This document shows, in pieces, positions 1 through 7,929 of a stretch of DNA of 64,000 nucleotides. The stretch covers positions 2,090-66,089 of the forward strand of contig DATEAH010000007.1 in NCBI GenBank assembly GCA_035288465.1, in the 5' to 3' direction. Numbering within the stretch: position 1 is the first letter of the stretch; each line of letters starts with the position of its first letter. A program made the position numbers and the translations under genes. The notes beneath the pieces are model-generated. The model ran no database searches. It saw only the letters and a program-made list of their open reading frames with translations, and was not told the DNA's origin. Source of the DNA: Patescibacteria group bacterium. GTDB lineage: Bacteria; Patescibacteriota; UBA1384; DATEAH01.

Positions 1-34
1 GATAACAGGGGTTCGACTCCCCTTGGGGCTACCA
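1..34 (+). tRNA. Partial tRNA 3' end (T-arm GGGG-TTCGACT-CCCC, acceptor strand, discriminator A, CCA); 5' part lies outside the window
   Basis: Sequence reads aGGGGttcgactCCCCt tggggct a cca, with a T-loop-like TTCGACT. The acceptor strand would pair with AGCCCCA, not GGGG, so it is not a tmRNA end. Confidence 0.45.
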
Positions 35-242
35 AATTAATAATTTTTCGAGAAGGCAATAGCTCAAATTGAAGCTAAATTCTCAAGAAAATGAATTTTA
101 GCCTTGACAGCCTCAGAGGCTGCTATATAATAAATTTGAAGCTAAAGACTCCTGAATATTCTTTCAGGGTAAAGCTAATATGGTCGAAGCTTTCCCGAAA
201 CTCCAGTTTATGCTTTCGGGAAAAACCTCGAAAGGAGGATAG

Positions 243-389
243 ATGTCAGAAGGATATTGTGTAAAGTGCCGCAAGAAGCAAGAAATGCAAAATGCTCAAG
301 CTATCACCATGAAGAATGGTAAACCGGCGATGACCGGAACTTGCCCATCATGTGGTACCAAAATGTTCAAAATTGGTGCAGCTTCCTAA
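243..389 (+). CDS. Small zinc-ribbon protein, DUF5679-like (48 aa; CxxC...CxxC)
   Basis: ATG at 243 follows GAAAGGAGG; peptide MSEGYCVKCRKKQEMQNAQAITMKNGKPAMTGTCPSCGTKMFKIGAAS; a hairpin plus T-run follows. Too short to appear in the ORF track. Confidence 0.55.
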   Translation: MSEGYCVKCRKKQEMQNAQAITMKNGKPAMTGTCPSCGTKMFKIGAAS

Positions 390-399
390 TTCTCAAATT

Positions 400-446
400 A
401 CAGATAATAATAAAAAGCGGTCGCTCAAAAAGTGGCCGTTTTTTAT
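400..446 (+). terminator. Putative intrinsic terminator
   Basis: GC hairpin gcggtcgc...gtggccg followed by TTTTTTATTATT. Confidence 0.4.
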
Positions 447-541
447 TATTATGTGCTTCTTGACAAATGTTTAATTTAGGAGCATTTTAAAGGTGAGTAA
501 CAGTACATTTACAACTCGAGTTCATCGAGGGGGCAACCTAG

Positions 542-2266
542 ATGAAGCTGGTTGGTCGGTGGTTCTCTTTGATGATGTTATTGTTGGTTTTTTGCATGAA
601 CTCACGCCTTGAAGCGAAAAAATTTGAGATTCAAGCAGAAATTATGGTTGGCCAAATGGTGGCGGGTGATTTGGAAAATCAATTCGGGATTTCTGATAAC
701 CCCGAATTCAATGCCGAAATTCAAAATATTGCGTTGCAATTAGCGCCGCTTGCCCAAAGAGAAGGTATTGACTATCAGTTTAGAGTCTTGAATACCGACG
801 AAGTTAATGCTTACGCGGTGATGGGCGGTAATATTTATATTAATAAAGGTTTACTGAAAGCCTTGGGTTTTGCCAGTAGTGAATTTAATCCACTTCAAAT
901 TTTGCAACAGATGTTTGGCGGCGGTGGTAGCTTGCTTGAACCAATTCCGCCGGCAAAGGACGAATTGGCGTTTATTATGTCGCATGAAATTACACATATA
1001 AAACAAAAACATGGTGTTAAGCAAGTATTATTGAGCATGGGTCTTTCTTTGTTGCTCGGAGATGTTGATTCTAAAAAAGCCGGAGGAGCGGCAAAATTAT
1101 TAGTGGCACAATTACTCACTTCTGGTCGGAGTCGTGACGATGAAAAAGAAGCTGACAAAAAAGGCGTTGAATTAATGGTTGAAGCTGGATATGATCCAGC
1201 GGCAGCTTTGGCAGTAATGCGCCGAATTGAAACCTTATCATCTAATCAAAAAGAATTGGGTATTGAGGGTTTGCTTAGCCGTCAACTGGCGACTCATCCG
1301 CCAACTTCAGATCGGTGCGAAGTTTTAAAGGATAATTTGATAAAGTCCCTGACAGGTTTAACCTTTAAAGCTGATATTGCTTATGCGGCAACACAATATT
1401 TGAATGGTCCTTATAATTATGACGACCCTGCATGGTCTACCAAATTTGAAGATAAAACAAAGAGAAAGATTAGCAATCTTGAATTAGCAAATTCTAGTTA
1501 TCGTAAAATGGGAGAGGAATATTTAGGTCAATGTACATGGTTTGTGGTGGCGGTGAGAGAGGATAACATTCTCCCAATTATTAAAGGTAAAGGCAATGCT
1601 TGGGTTTGGTATGACGCGTTTAAAAATGCAGGATATGGTTGTGGTCCAGAACCCAAAATAGGTTCAATTGCTGTTTGGGATAAAAAGATTGCCGGGACAG
1701 GCCATGTTGCTTTGGTGACAGGTGTTAATGGTGACGGAACATTTGAGGTTTGGGATAGCAACTGGAGCGCTTCATTGGATAGGAAAGTAAGGAACAGGGT
1801 GGTATACTCGAAAAATAATATTACTGGTTTTGTGTATTGGCCGAATGGCAAAACAGAACCAGACAAGATATTGATTTCTCCAGATCCACAAATTCCAAAC
1901 CAGCCGCGCAATATAATCGATATTCAAAATGAGCAATTTCATCTTGGAGATAATCAGGCGGATTCAAAAACGATTTGGCTTAAAGAATTCGCTCTTTCAG
2001 CTGCAGATTTAGCAAATCGGACCAAAGCCAAATTATCTTTGAAAGTTAAAGGCACCCCGAAAAAAGACCCAATTATTTATATTAACCGTCAAAAAATAGG
2101 TTATGCAATCACGCAGACCGACGAATGGGAGGATTTTTCTTTCCCATTTGATCCTAAAATTCTGCAGGCTGGCAATAACTTGATTGATATCGAGACCATT
2201 ATTGCCAATTTGTGGCAGACCTTTGATGAGTGTGAGATCCAAAATATTCAATTAATTTTTGAATAA
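542..2266 (+). CDS. Secreted M48-family Zn-metallopeptidase fused to a C-terminal CHAP (Cys/His amidase/peptidase) domain
   Basis: N-terminal signal peptide; M48 motifs NAYAVMGGNIYINKGLL and HEITHIKQKH (HExxH) plus AGYDP; C-terminal CHAP-like region with CTWFV...GHVALV. Confidence 0.7.
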   Translation: MKLVGRWFSLMMLLLVFCMNSRLEAKKFEIQAEIMVGQMVAGDLENQFGISDNPEFNAEIQNIALQLAPLAQREGIDYQFRVLNTDEVNAYAVMGGNIYINKGLLKALGFASSEFNPLQILQQMFGGGGSLLEPIPPAKDELAFIMSHEITHIKQKHGVKQVLLSMGLSLLLGDVDSKKAGGAAKLLVAQLLTSGRSRDDEKEADKKGVELMVEAGYDPAAALAVMRRIETLSSNQKELGIEGLLSRQLATHPPTSDRCEVLKDNLIKSLTGLTFKADIAYAATQYLNGPYNYDDPAWSTKFEDKTKRKISNLELANSSYRKMGEEYLGQCTWFVVAVREDNILPIIKGKGNAWVWYDAFKNAGYGCGPEPKIGSIAVWDKKIAGTGHVALVTGVNGDGTFEVWDSNWSASLDRKVRNRVVYSKNNITGFVYWPNGKTEPDKILISPDPQIPNQPRNIIDIQNEQFHLGDNQADSKTIWLKEFALSAADLANRTKAKLSLKVKGTPKKDPIIYINRQKIGYAITQTDEWEDFSFPFDPKILQAGNNLIDIETIIANLWQTFDECEIQNIQLIFE

Positions 2267-2281
2267 GAAGATTTTTTTACC

Positions 2282-2333
2282 AGCCGTTGCAGGCGAACTC
2301 GACCCACTTGCGACGGCTTTTTTTATTGTCTCG
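2282..2333 (+). terminator. Rho-independent terminator
   Basis: agccgttgca...tgcgacggct stem followed by TTTTTTTATT. Confidence 0.7.
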
Positions 2334-2385
2334 ATGACGATAATCCCGCATTCCAAGCGTTATTAATAGGAAAGTCTGCGGGATA
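2323..2385 (+). repeat. Conserved two-hairpin element, copy 1 (P1 TTATTGTC-TCGA-TGACGATAA; P2 ATCCCGCA-loop-TGCGGGAT)
   Basis: One of four ~80%-identical copies (2323, 2933, 25598, 60099), each directly after a terminator T-run. Confidence 0.75.
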
Positions 2386-2488
2386 GTTGACATAAAACTT
2401 GATTTTTTGGTAATTATATTGTAAATTATGATTGATTTTAAAACATCCCAATCCGCACACCCTGATCAGCCAAGGAGAGCGATGAACC

Positions 2489-2860
2489 GTGAAAAACGGA
2501 CTGAAACTGTTGGCAATATTTACTATCCTCCTTTTCGTTCTACCGATGCTCAATATATGTTGCTCAAAATCAAATAGTATTGTTGGAACATGGGAAGTTC
2601 AATCTGGCTGCGGCCCAATTCAAATTAACTTTAATAAAGATGGCACGGGTTCAATGACTACCCCGATTGATAATCAGAACTTTAATTGGAAAATTGAAGG
2701 TAATGAGATCGTTCTTGAGTCAACACTCCGCCATAGTAGTATTTCAGGCGAAACCCACACGAATCCAAAAATACAAAGATATCCTTATAGATTAGAAGAG
2801 AATGTTCTCACGATTCATTATTCTGATGGGACAGCTTATGCTTTTCATCGCCTTAATTAA
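2489..2860 (+). CDS. Small putative lipoprotein / secreted protein (123 aa)
   Basis: GTG start; hydrophobic signal peptide with Cys (LNICCSKS); bracketed by element copies 1 and 2. Confidence 0.55.
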   Translation: MKNGLKLLAIFTILLFVLPMLNICCSKSNSIVGTWEVQSGCGPIQINFNKDGTGSMTTPIDNQNFNWKIEGNEIVLESTLRHSSISGETHTNPKIQRYPYRLEENVLTIHYSDGTAYAFHRLN

Positions 2861-2890
2861 GTTCTAACCTATTTATTTCTATTCATTATT

Positions 2891-2933
2891 GCCGAGAGGC
2901 ACCAAGACCCAACTTAGCCTTTCGGCTTTTTTT
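2891..2933 (+). terminator. Rho-independent terminator
   Basis: gccgagaggc / gcctttcggc stem (one G-U pair) followed by TTTTTTT. Confidence 0.7.
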
Positions 2934-2992
2934 ATTGCCTCGACGACGATAATCCCGCATTCCAAGTGTTATGGCAGGAAAGTCTGCGGGAT
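2933..2992 (+). repeat. Conserved two-hairpin element, copy 2
   Basis: TTATTGCCTCGACGACGATAATCCCGCATTCCAAGTGTTATGGCAGGAAAGTCTGCGGGAT. Confidence 0.75.
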
Positions 2993-3001
2993 TGTTAATT
3001 T

Positions 3002-3751
3002 TTAGTACGATTTGATAATATCTCGATAAATTTGATAGGCTTTTTCGCCGCGCCAATTTGAGGGGAGGAATTGTTTGGGGAGTTGGGGATCGTCCCGATA
3101 AATTTGCGCAAACTCCATTTCTAAAAAATTGGCCACTAAGGGCCAAAATTTTCCTCTTTTCGTGCGATGGACGTGCTTGATAAATTGTTGGTATTGAGCG
3201 TTAATTTCGTTGAGTTTCCAGATTTTTTGAATGGTGCTTTTTTCCCGGTCAATTCGATCTGCTTCCGCCAGAGTCATGTATTGCCTGATGCCGAGCTCAT
3301 TGGAAAGGCGGTTGATGGCGCCCAGGAGCGGATGGGGGGAGATATAGACGCCTTTTTGGATTTTTTTGAAGCTCATTTCCGCTAATTTTTTTTGAAGCTC
3401 AAGTCGGTAGGGGCGTTCTTTTTCCGGAAGGCTAAATATCACCATTCGCCATTTGCCGTCCCAGGGATCAAATTTTCGAAATGGTAGTCTGGGCAAAATT
3501 CTGAGCCGACCGCGATTGGTGAGGCTGGGAATTTTATGATGATAACGATGGGTAGTGGTGATTAAGCCCCGTTTTTTAAGAATAGACAATTCTTTCTGAA
3601 GCGTGGCCAAGGAATATGTAGTTTTATAAAAGCGACGAAAAATTTGCTGCAATTGAGAATAAGAGAGCGTGTAATTGATCTCGGGCAGGCAATAGTTAAT
3701 AAAAATCAATAATTTTTCTTGTAAACTGAGATGCTGTTTTATTCTGACCAT
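3002..3751 (-). CDS. PaaX-like winged-helix transcriptional regulator (tentative)
   Basis: 249-aa ORF; N-terminal wHTH-like region; central W-DGKW-MVIFSLPE motif resembling the PaaX family. Confidence 0.4.
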   Translation of the reverse strand: MVRIKQHLSLQEKLLIFINYCLPEINYTLSYSQLQQIFRRFYKTTYSLATLQKELSILKKRGLITTTHRYHHKIPSLTNRGRLRILPRLPFRKFDPWDGKWRMVIFSLPEKERPYRLELQKKLAEMSFKKIQKGVYISPHPLLGAINRLSNELGIRQYMTLAEADRIDREKSTIQKIWKLNEINAQYQQFIKHVHRTKRGKFWPLVANFLEMEFAQIYRDDPQLPKQFLPSNWRGEKAYQIYRDIIKSY

Positions 3752-3830
3752 AATTGTATTTTATCTCAAAAGATTAACTTTTTCCAATAAATATGTTAAA
3801 ATATTATCAACTCAGGAAAGGGTGATCCAG

Positions 3831-4853
3831 ATGAAAGTCCCACGGCCGATCCTCTTTGTCATTATCGGTGTAGTTATAATTGCCGCAACCTTCAGTTTTT
3901 GGTTTTACCAAAAGAAAACTCAGGAACGAATTTGCGAACAAGCTTTGGTCACGAGTTGGTCTTCGGTTATTGGCTTAATGGAAGATATCGGAACCACAAT
4001 TAAGGAAAAAAATCTTGATTTTGCCGATGTTAGCCGATGCTCGAGCGAATGTTACGCCAAACTCAGTGATATGCAAAAAGCAGTGACAGCGCTGGATGAA
4101 ACGGCAAAATTTGCAAAAACCAAATCTGATTTAGTAGGTATAATCCGAGATTCAATGGATTTGATGGAAGATGTTAAGGATTGCTGTGACCAATGGCAGA
4201 CGGCGAATTTTCGAAAATTGGAACTGAAGATCGCTTCAATCAAGCAAGTCGCAGAAAGCACCTTTACAACCTGGCCAACTAGCAGTATGCGCGTCAGGCA
4301 ACCTCAATTAGCATCTCTAAACACTATTCCAACGCAATTTAACAAAATGAGAAACGCCCGCAAACAGACCGCAACTCCTTCCATATTTCCGACTATGATG
4401 TCGATTCCGATTAGCAGAGATTCATTACCAGCCGCGGGTTGGGTTCAGGTAATGACCCCATCTCGTCCAAACTTAGAAGTTTGGTATAGCCCAAACGCAA
4501 ACGATTATTTTCGATCAATGCAATCTTTGCTCAAGGCCTACAAAGGTCTTCGAGGAGACCTCGATGAATATATCGAACGTGCCAAAAAGCAGGGTTGGGT
4601 TTATGGCAGTGCTTATAGCCAATTTTATGATCGTGCTTATGAGTCGCGGCAAAATATTTACAACGCCATGAACGGATTGCCAATTTCTCATGGGTTTGGT
4701 GCTCAGCATCAAGAGGCTTTAAATTGTGTCCTTCGCGGTCTAAATGCGATGGATGCCTTAAAAGCCGGCGATTACTCCACCTTTCATAATCTTTCTACCA
4801 TTAATACTAATGCTTTAAGACGAGTTATGAATGAATATGATCTTAGGGGGTGA
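3831..4853 (+). CDS. Hypothetical membrane-anchored protein (N-terminal TM helix, soluble C-terminal domain)
   Basis: ATG at 3831 preferred over GTG at 3822; hydrophobic N-terminus; stop overlaps the next start (ATGA). Confidence 0.55.
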   Translation: MKVPRPILFVIIGVVIIAATFSFWFYQKKTQERICEQALVTSWSSVIGLMEDIGTTIKEKNLDFADVSRCSSECYAKLSDMQKAVTALDETAKFAKTKSDLVGIIRDSMDLMEDVKDCCDQWQTANFRKLELKIASIKQVAESTFTTWPTSSMRVRQPQLASLNTIPTQFNKMRNARKQTATPSIFPTMMSIPISRDSLPAAGWVQVMTPSRPNLEVWYSPNANDYFRSMQSLLKAYKGLRGDLDEYIERAKKQGWVYGSAYSQFYDRAYESRQNIYNAMNGLPISHGFGAQHQEALNCVLRGLNAMDALKAGDYSTFHNLSTINTNALRRVMNEYDLRG

Positions 4854-5590
4854 GATTCTTGAAATGGCAAATCACTACGTTTTTTATTATTGCCGCATCA
4901 CTGCTTAGTTTATATTTTTATTCTGATAATCATTTGCGAGTTTTGAAAAGTGAAGCGGCGATCGTGCATAATTCCAGCACCGCGCTGCAGGCTCAACGAA
5001 TGAGCCTGCCGGTTGCTTTGCCTGAACGCGAACTTAAACCGAAAATGACACCACCAGAATCAAATCTTTCGACACCAATGAAAAAAATTACCCAAAAAAC
5101 CGCACCTCATTCAGCGAAACAAGCCAAACTTAAATTATCATCAGATTATTATCAGATTTATAATCCCAAGGCAGAAGTAGATTATATCTTAGTTAATCTT
5201 GACACTCAGCAGCTTCACGCTTTTTCGGGTCAAACCTTGGTGCTGACCGAAAAAATTTCCGCAGCTTCAAGCAATATTAATATTCCGTCAGATTATGATC
5301 TTGAAGGTCCTCACAACCATTTTGGAAACTTTTCAGTCATCAATAAAGTTGTTAATGGTTTTAGCCATCAATTCAATTGTCCTATGCCCTATGCCCTGTA
5401 TTATTTTAAAGGTCATGCGATTCATCAAACCGAACCTCAATATTATCACCTTTTAGGCACCCCAGCCAGCCACGGCTGTATCCGCGAGGGACCCGTGGTG
5501 GCTAAATGGTTATTTGATCATACCTCGGTTGGTACTCCAATTAAAATTTTTTCTTCGAATTCAAACTATCAGCGAGAATTAGCGTATTAA
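4850..5590 (+). CDS. L,D-transpeptidase (YkuD) family protein
   Basis: Catalytic motif HLLGTPASHGCIRE (His...Ser-His-Gly-Cys-Arg); N-terminal TM anchor. Confidence 0.8.
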   Translation: MRFLKWQITTFFIIAASLLSLYFYSDNHLRVLKSEAAIVHNSSTALQAQRMSLPVALPERELKPKMTPPESNLSTPMKKITQKTAPHSAKQAKLKLSSDYYQIYNPKAEVDYILVNLDTQQLHAFSGQTLVLTEKISAASSNINIPSDYDLEGPHNHFGNFSVINKVVNGFSHQFNCPMPYALYYFKGHAIHQTEPQYYHLLGTPASHGCIREGPVVAKWLFDHTSVGTPIKIFSSNSNYQRELAY

Positions 5591-5804
5591 GTTCAATGCG
5601 ACATTCTCGCTTTTTTTTGTTATTCATGATATATTATCATACTCTTTTTTATTTTTATCGTCAAGTTTTTGGTATGATTTAAGAATAATTTTATGAAGTC
5701 AGGGGTATTAATTATTGACTTTTTTCTTATTTTAGTGTAATATTTTATGTGACTAAGGAGCTTGTTCCTTAAGCTCTTTAACAACTCAAAAGGAGATGGT
5801 CAGG

Positions 5805-6797
5805 ATGAGAAAGTCGTTGTTGTCAATCGCGATTTTTCTTTTCTTTCTTCGTGTGGGTTTTGCTCAGATTGGACCCGAGGCTCCAATTCTTGGCAAGAGC
5901 GTATTAGGTCTCAACGGAATAGCTGTTTTGGAAGTAGCTTCTCCTTCTGAATATTCATACAATCCTGCCGCTGTTCCTTTGGCGCTGAAAATATTTAATG
6001 AAGAAAAGTATGCTGAAATTGATTACGGTTTGATCAATTTTGCGAAAGGTCCGACCGTAGAAAATACTTGGCAGTATTGTTCTTTTCGAACAAGTCAGGA
6101 TTCAGCCATGCGTGTAGCTCGATATACCATTAAATCAAATTCAAAACCAATTATATATCTTGGACCAGACCTTCTAGTAAAGTTTGAAGGAGAGACATAC
6201 GAAGTTACTTATGGAAAGATGTTTTCGGAAAAAGTGGGCTTTGGCGTAGCCGTCGTCCCTTACGAAAACATTAAAACCAAACTTTCAGCTGATAACATAC
6301 AGCTTGGTGTAGGTGAAGCCAAATCGGATCTGCACTTTAGAGTTGGTGGGATATATCTTATCCAATCGAATCTGAGTGTGGGAGTCGTCTTTACTAAAGA
6401 CAAAATAAACGCTTCAACCCTTCTTTCTCCGCTTCTTTCAGGATCGTCCGAGCCAATTAATTTAAATGCCGATTATAATGAGAAGTTGTGGACAGTTGGT
6501 GTGGCTTGGCAGCCAAAGCAAGGTACGGGGCTATACTCCACTTGGCAAAAGGGGGATATTACAGGTCCAAACCTTCATGAGGATATTGATCTTAAAGCTT
6601 TTGGACTCCAGCAATTTTTGAGTCCAAAACTATGTATTAGGGTTGGTCTTTATGATACTGTTCCTGGATATCAAGTTACCTATTATGGTGATAAATGGAA
6701 TATTGGTGTTTCTTTTTCAAATAATACATACCGTCGGAGTGAAGCTTTTCTCGGATCGGCGGATACCTTTTATATTTGGGCTGGTGGGAGTTTCTGA
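5805..6797 (+). CDS. Secreted hypothetical protein with beta-strand-rich, OMP-like C-terminus (ends GGSF)
   Basis: RBS AAGGAG 9 nt upstream of ATG at 5805; signal peptide; alternating hydrophobic pattern; terminal aromatic residue. Confidence 0.55.
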   Translation: MRKSLLSIAIFLFFLRVGFAQIGPEAPILGKSVLGLNGIAVLEVASPSEYSYNPAAVPLALKIFNEEKYAEIDYGLINFAKGPTVENTWQYCSFRTSQDSAMRVARYTIKSNSKPIIYLGPDLLVKFEGETYEVTYGKMFSEKVGFGVAVVPYENIKTKLSADNIQLGVGEAKSDLHFRVGGIYLIQSNLSVGVVFTKDKINASTLLSPLLSGSSEPINLNADYNEKLWTVGVAWQPKQGTGLYSTWQKGDITGPNLHEDIDLKAFGLQQFLSPKLCIRVGLYDTVPGYQVTYYGDKWNIGVSFSNNTYRRSEAFLGSADTFYIWAGGSF

Positions 6798-6836
6798 ATT
6801 CTATCAATAAAAAATACCCGAGAGAGGTGAAAGAAA

Positions 6837-7118
6837 ATGTATGAAGAAACGAGCCGAATAGTCGTAGTCTTAACAAGTATCATTATTACGATCGGGTTAT
6901 ATTCACAAGGTATTAAGATTTGGAAAACTCGTAGCGCTAAGGATTTTTCCTTTATGCTAATAGTAGCTTTGTTCCTTGACTGGATGAGTTGGTATAACTA
7001 TGGTTTCATGTTACACGAATGGCCAATAATTCTAATTGGATCACTAAGTTTTCCTGGAGTTGTATTGGTCTGTTCCGGCTACATCAAGTACCGAGGGGGC
7101 GAAAATAATGTGGAGTGA
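6837..7118 (+). CDS. SemiSWEET / PQ-loop family transporter (3-TM, 93 aa)
   Basis: Aligns along its length with bacterial SemiSWEETs: YSQGIKIWKTRSAKDFS against LPQVLRVVMTKQTRDIS, and WYNYGFMLHEWPIILIGSL against WFVYGILRSDLPIILANVV. Confidence 0.7.
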   Translation: MYEETSRIVVVLTSIIITIGLYSQGIKIWKTRSAKDFSFMLIVALFLDWMSWYNYGFMLHEWPIILIGSLSFPGVVLVCSGYIKYRGGENNVE

Positions 7119-7911
7119 TTTCTACGCGGAGCTGGTTAACAGGAACATTGGCGTAATTACAGTGGATGAGCAAGATATGTTAAGAAATTCTTGTATTGCA
7201 GTTGCTGGTTGTGGTGGAATGGGAGGTTATTCTGCCGAACAATTAGTACGTTTAGGCGTTGGTCACATTAAAATTGCTGATTTTGATAATTTCGAGGTTC
7301 ACAATATCAGCCGTCAGGCAGGATCAAGTTTTATTACTGTGGGTCAACCCAAAACCCTAGTTCTATCTTCTTATTTTAAGCAGATAAATCCTGAACTTCA
7401 TCTTGAGTCATTTCCTGAAGGGGTTCAGCCTGAAAACGCGGCTGAGTTTGTCAGGGATGCTGATATTGTTATCGATGCGATTGACTACACTTGTTTGTAC
7501 AACTCGGTCGTTTTGCATCGTGAGGCGCGCAAGCAAGGTTTGTGCTTGATTAACCCTCAGGCAATTGCTTTTGGGGTGAGTGTTTTGGTTTTTGGACCAG
7601 GGACCCAAACCCTTGAGGAATACGTTGGTTTGCCCGAAGGTGCTACCAGAGAAGAAATTGAAAAGTTTATACCACCGATTGAAAAATTTTGTCCTTATTT
7701 CCCAAGTTATATAGACAAAAATATCGCCATGAAAGCAGCGACTGGGCAAATTAATATTCCTAATATTATTATGCCCCAATGTTTGGGAACAGCGATAGCT
7801 GTTTCTGAAGCTACGATGATGATTTTGGGAAGAATTCCTCAACCTCAAGGGCCAAATCCAAGAATTTTCATCTTGGATCTCCAAGACAGGTTTTTCAAAT
7901 GCATAGAGTGA
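7108..7911 (+). CDS. ThiF/MoeB/HesA-family E1-like adenylyltransferase
   Basis: VAGCGGMGGYSAEQLVRLGVGHIKIADFDNFEVHNISRQ (GxGxxG nucleotide fold, NxSRQ). Start at ATG 7108 after GAGGGGG, chosen over 7060. Confidence 0.8.
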   Translation: MWSDFYAELVNRNIGVITVDEQDMLRNSCIAVAGCGGMGGYSAEQLVRLGVGHIKIADFDNFEVHNISRQAGSSFITVGQPKTLVLSSYFKQINPELHLESFPEGVQPENAAEFVRDADIVIDAIDYTCLYNSVVLHREARKQGLCLINPQAIAFGVSVLVFGPGTQTLEEYVGLPEGATREEIEKFIPPIEKFCPYFPSYIDKNIAMKAATGQINIPNIIMPQCLGTAIAVSEATMMILGRIPQPQGPNPRIFILDLQDRFFKCIE

Positions 7912-7929
7912 CAAAGGAGGTGGGACGGA

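Noticed and set aside
1-34. Window-start fragment as a tmRNA 3' end (smpB is present in the window)
   Set aside because: The acceptor 3' strand tggggct would pair with AGCCCCA rather than the invariant tmRNA 5' GGGG..., so an ordinary tRNA 3' end is more likely; it cannot be resolved from 34 nt.
895-1911. Antisense ORFs 895-1158(-) and 1528-1911(-) inside the M48-CHAP gene
   Set aside because: Fully embedded antisense to a well-supported CDS; no RBS; Cys/Pro-rich translations typical of out-of-frame noise.
2323-2385. Interpreting the four-copy element as bona fide integron attC sites
   Set aside because: No IntI-type tyrosine recombinase, attI or Pc promoter in the window, and no clear GTTRRRY core; the similarity is to cassette-associated placement only, so it is kept as a hypothesis in the findings, not a call.
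7060-7107. Upstream in-frame ATG (7060) as the ThiF start
   Set aside because: It would overlap the SemiSWEET gene by 59 nt and lacks an RBS; ATG 7108 has GAGGGGG upstream and a conserved N-terminus.
7408-7914. 168-aa minus-strand ORF overlapping the ThiF-like gene
   Set aside because: Antisense to a CDS with clear ThiF motifs; no start context; spurious.
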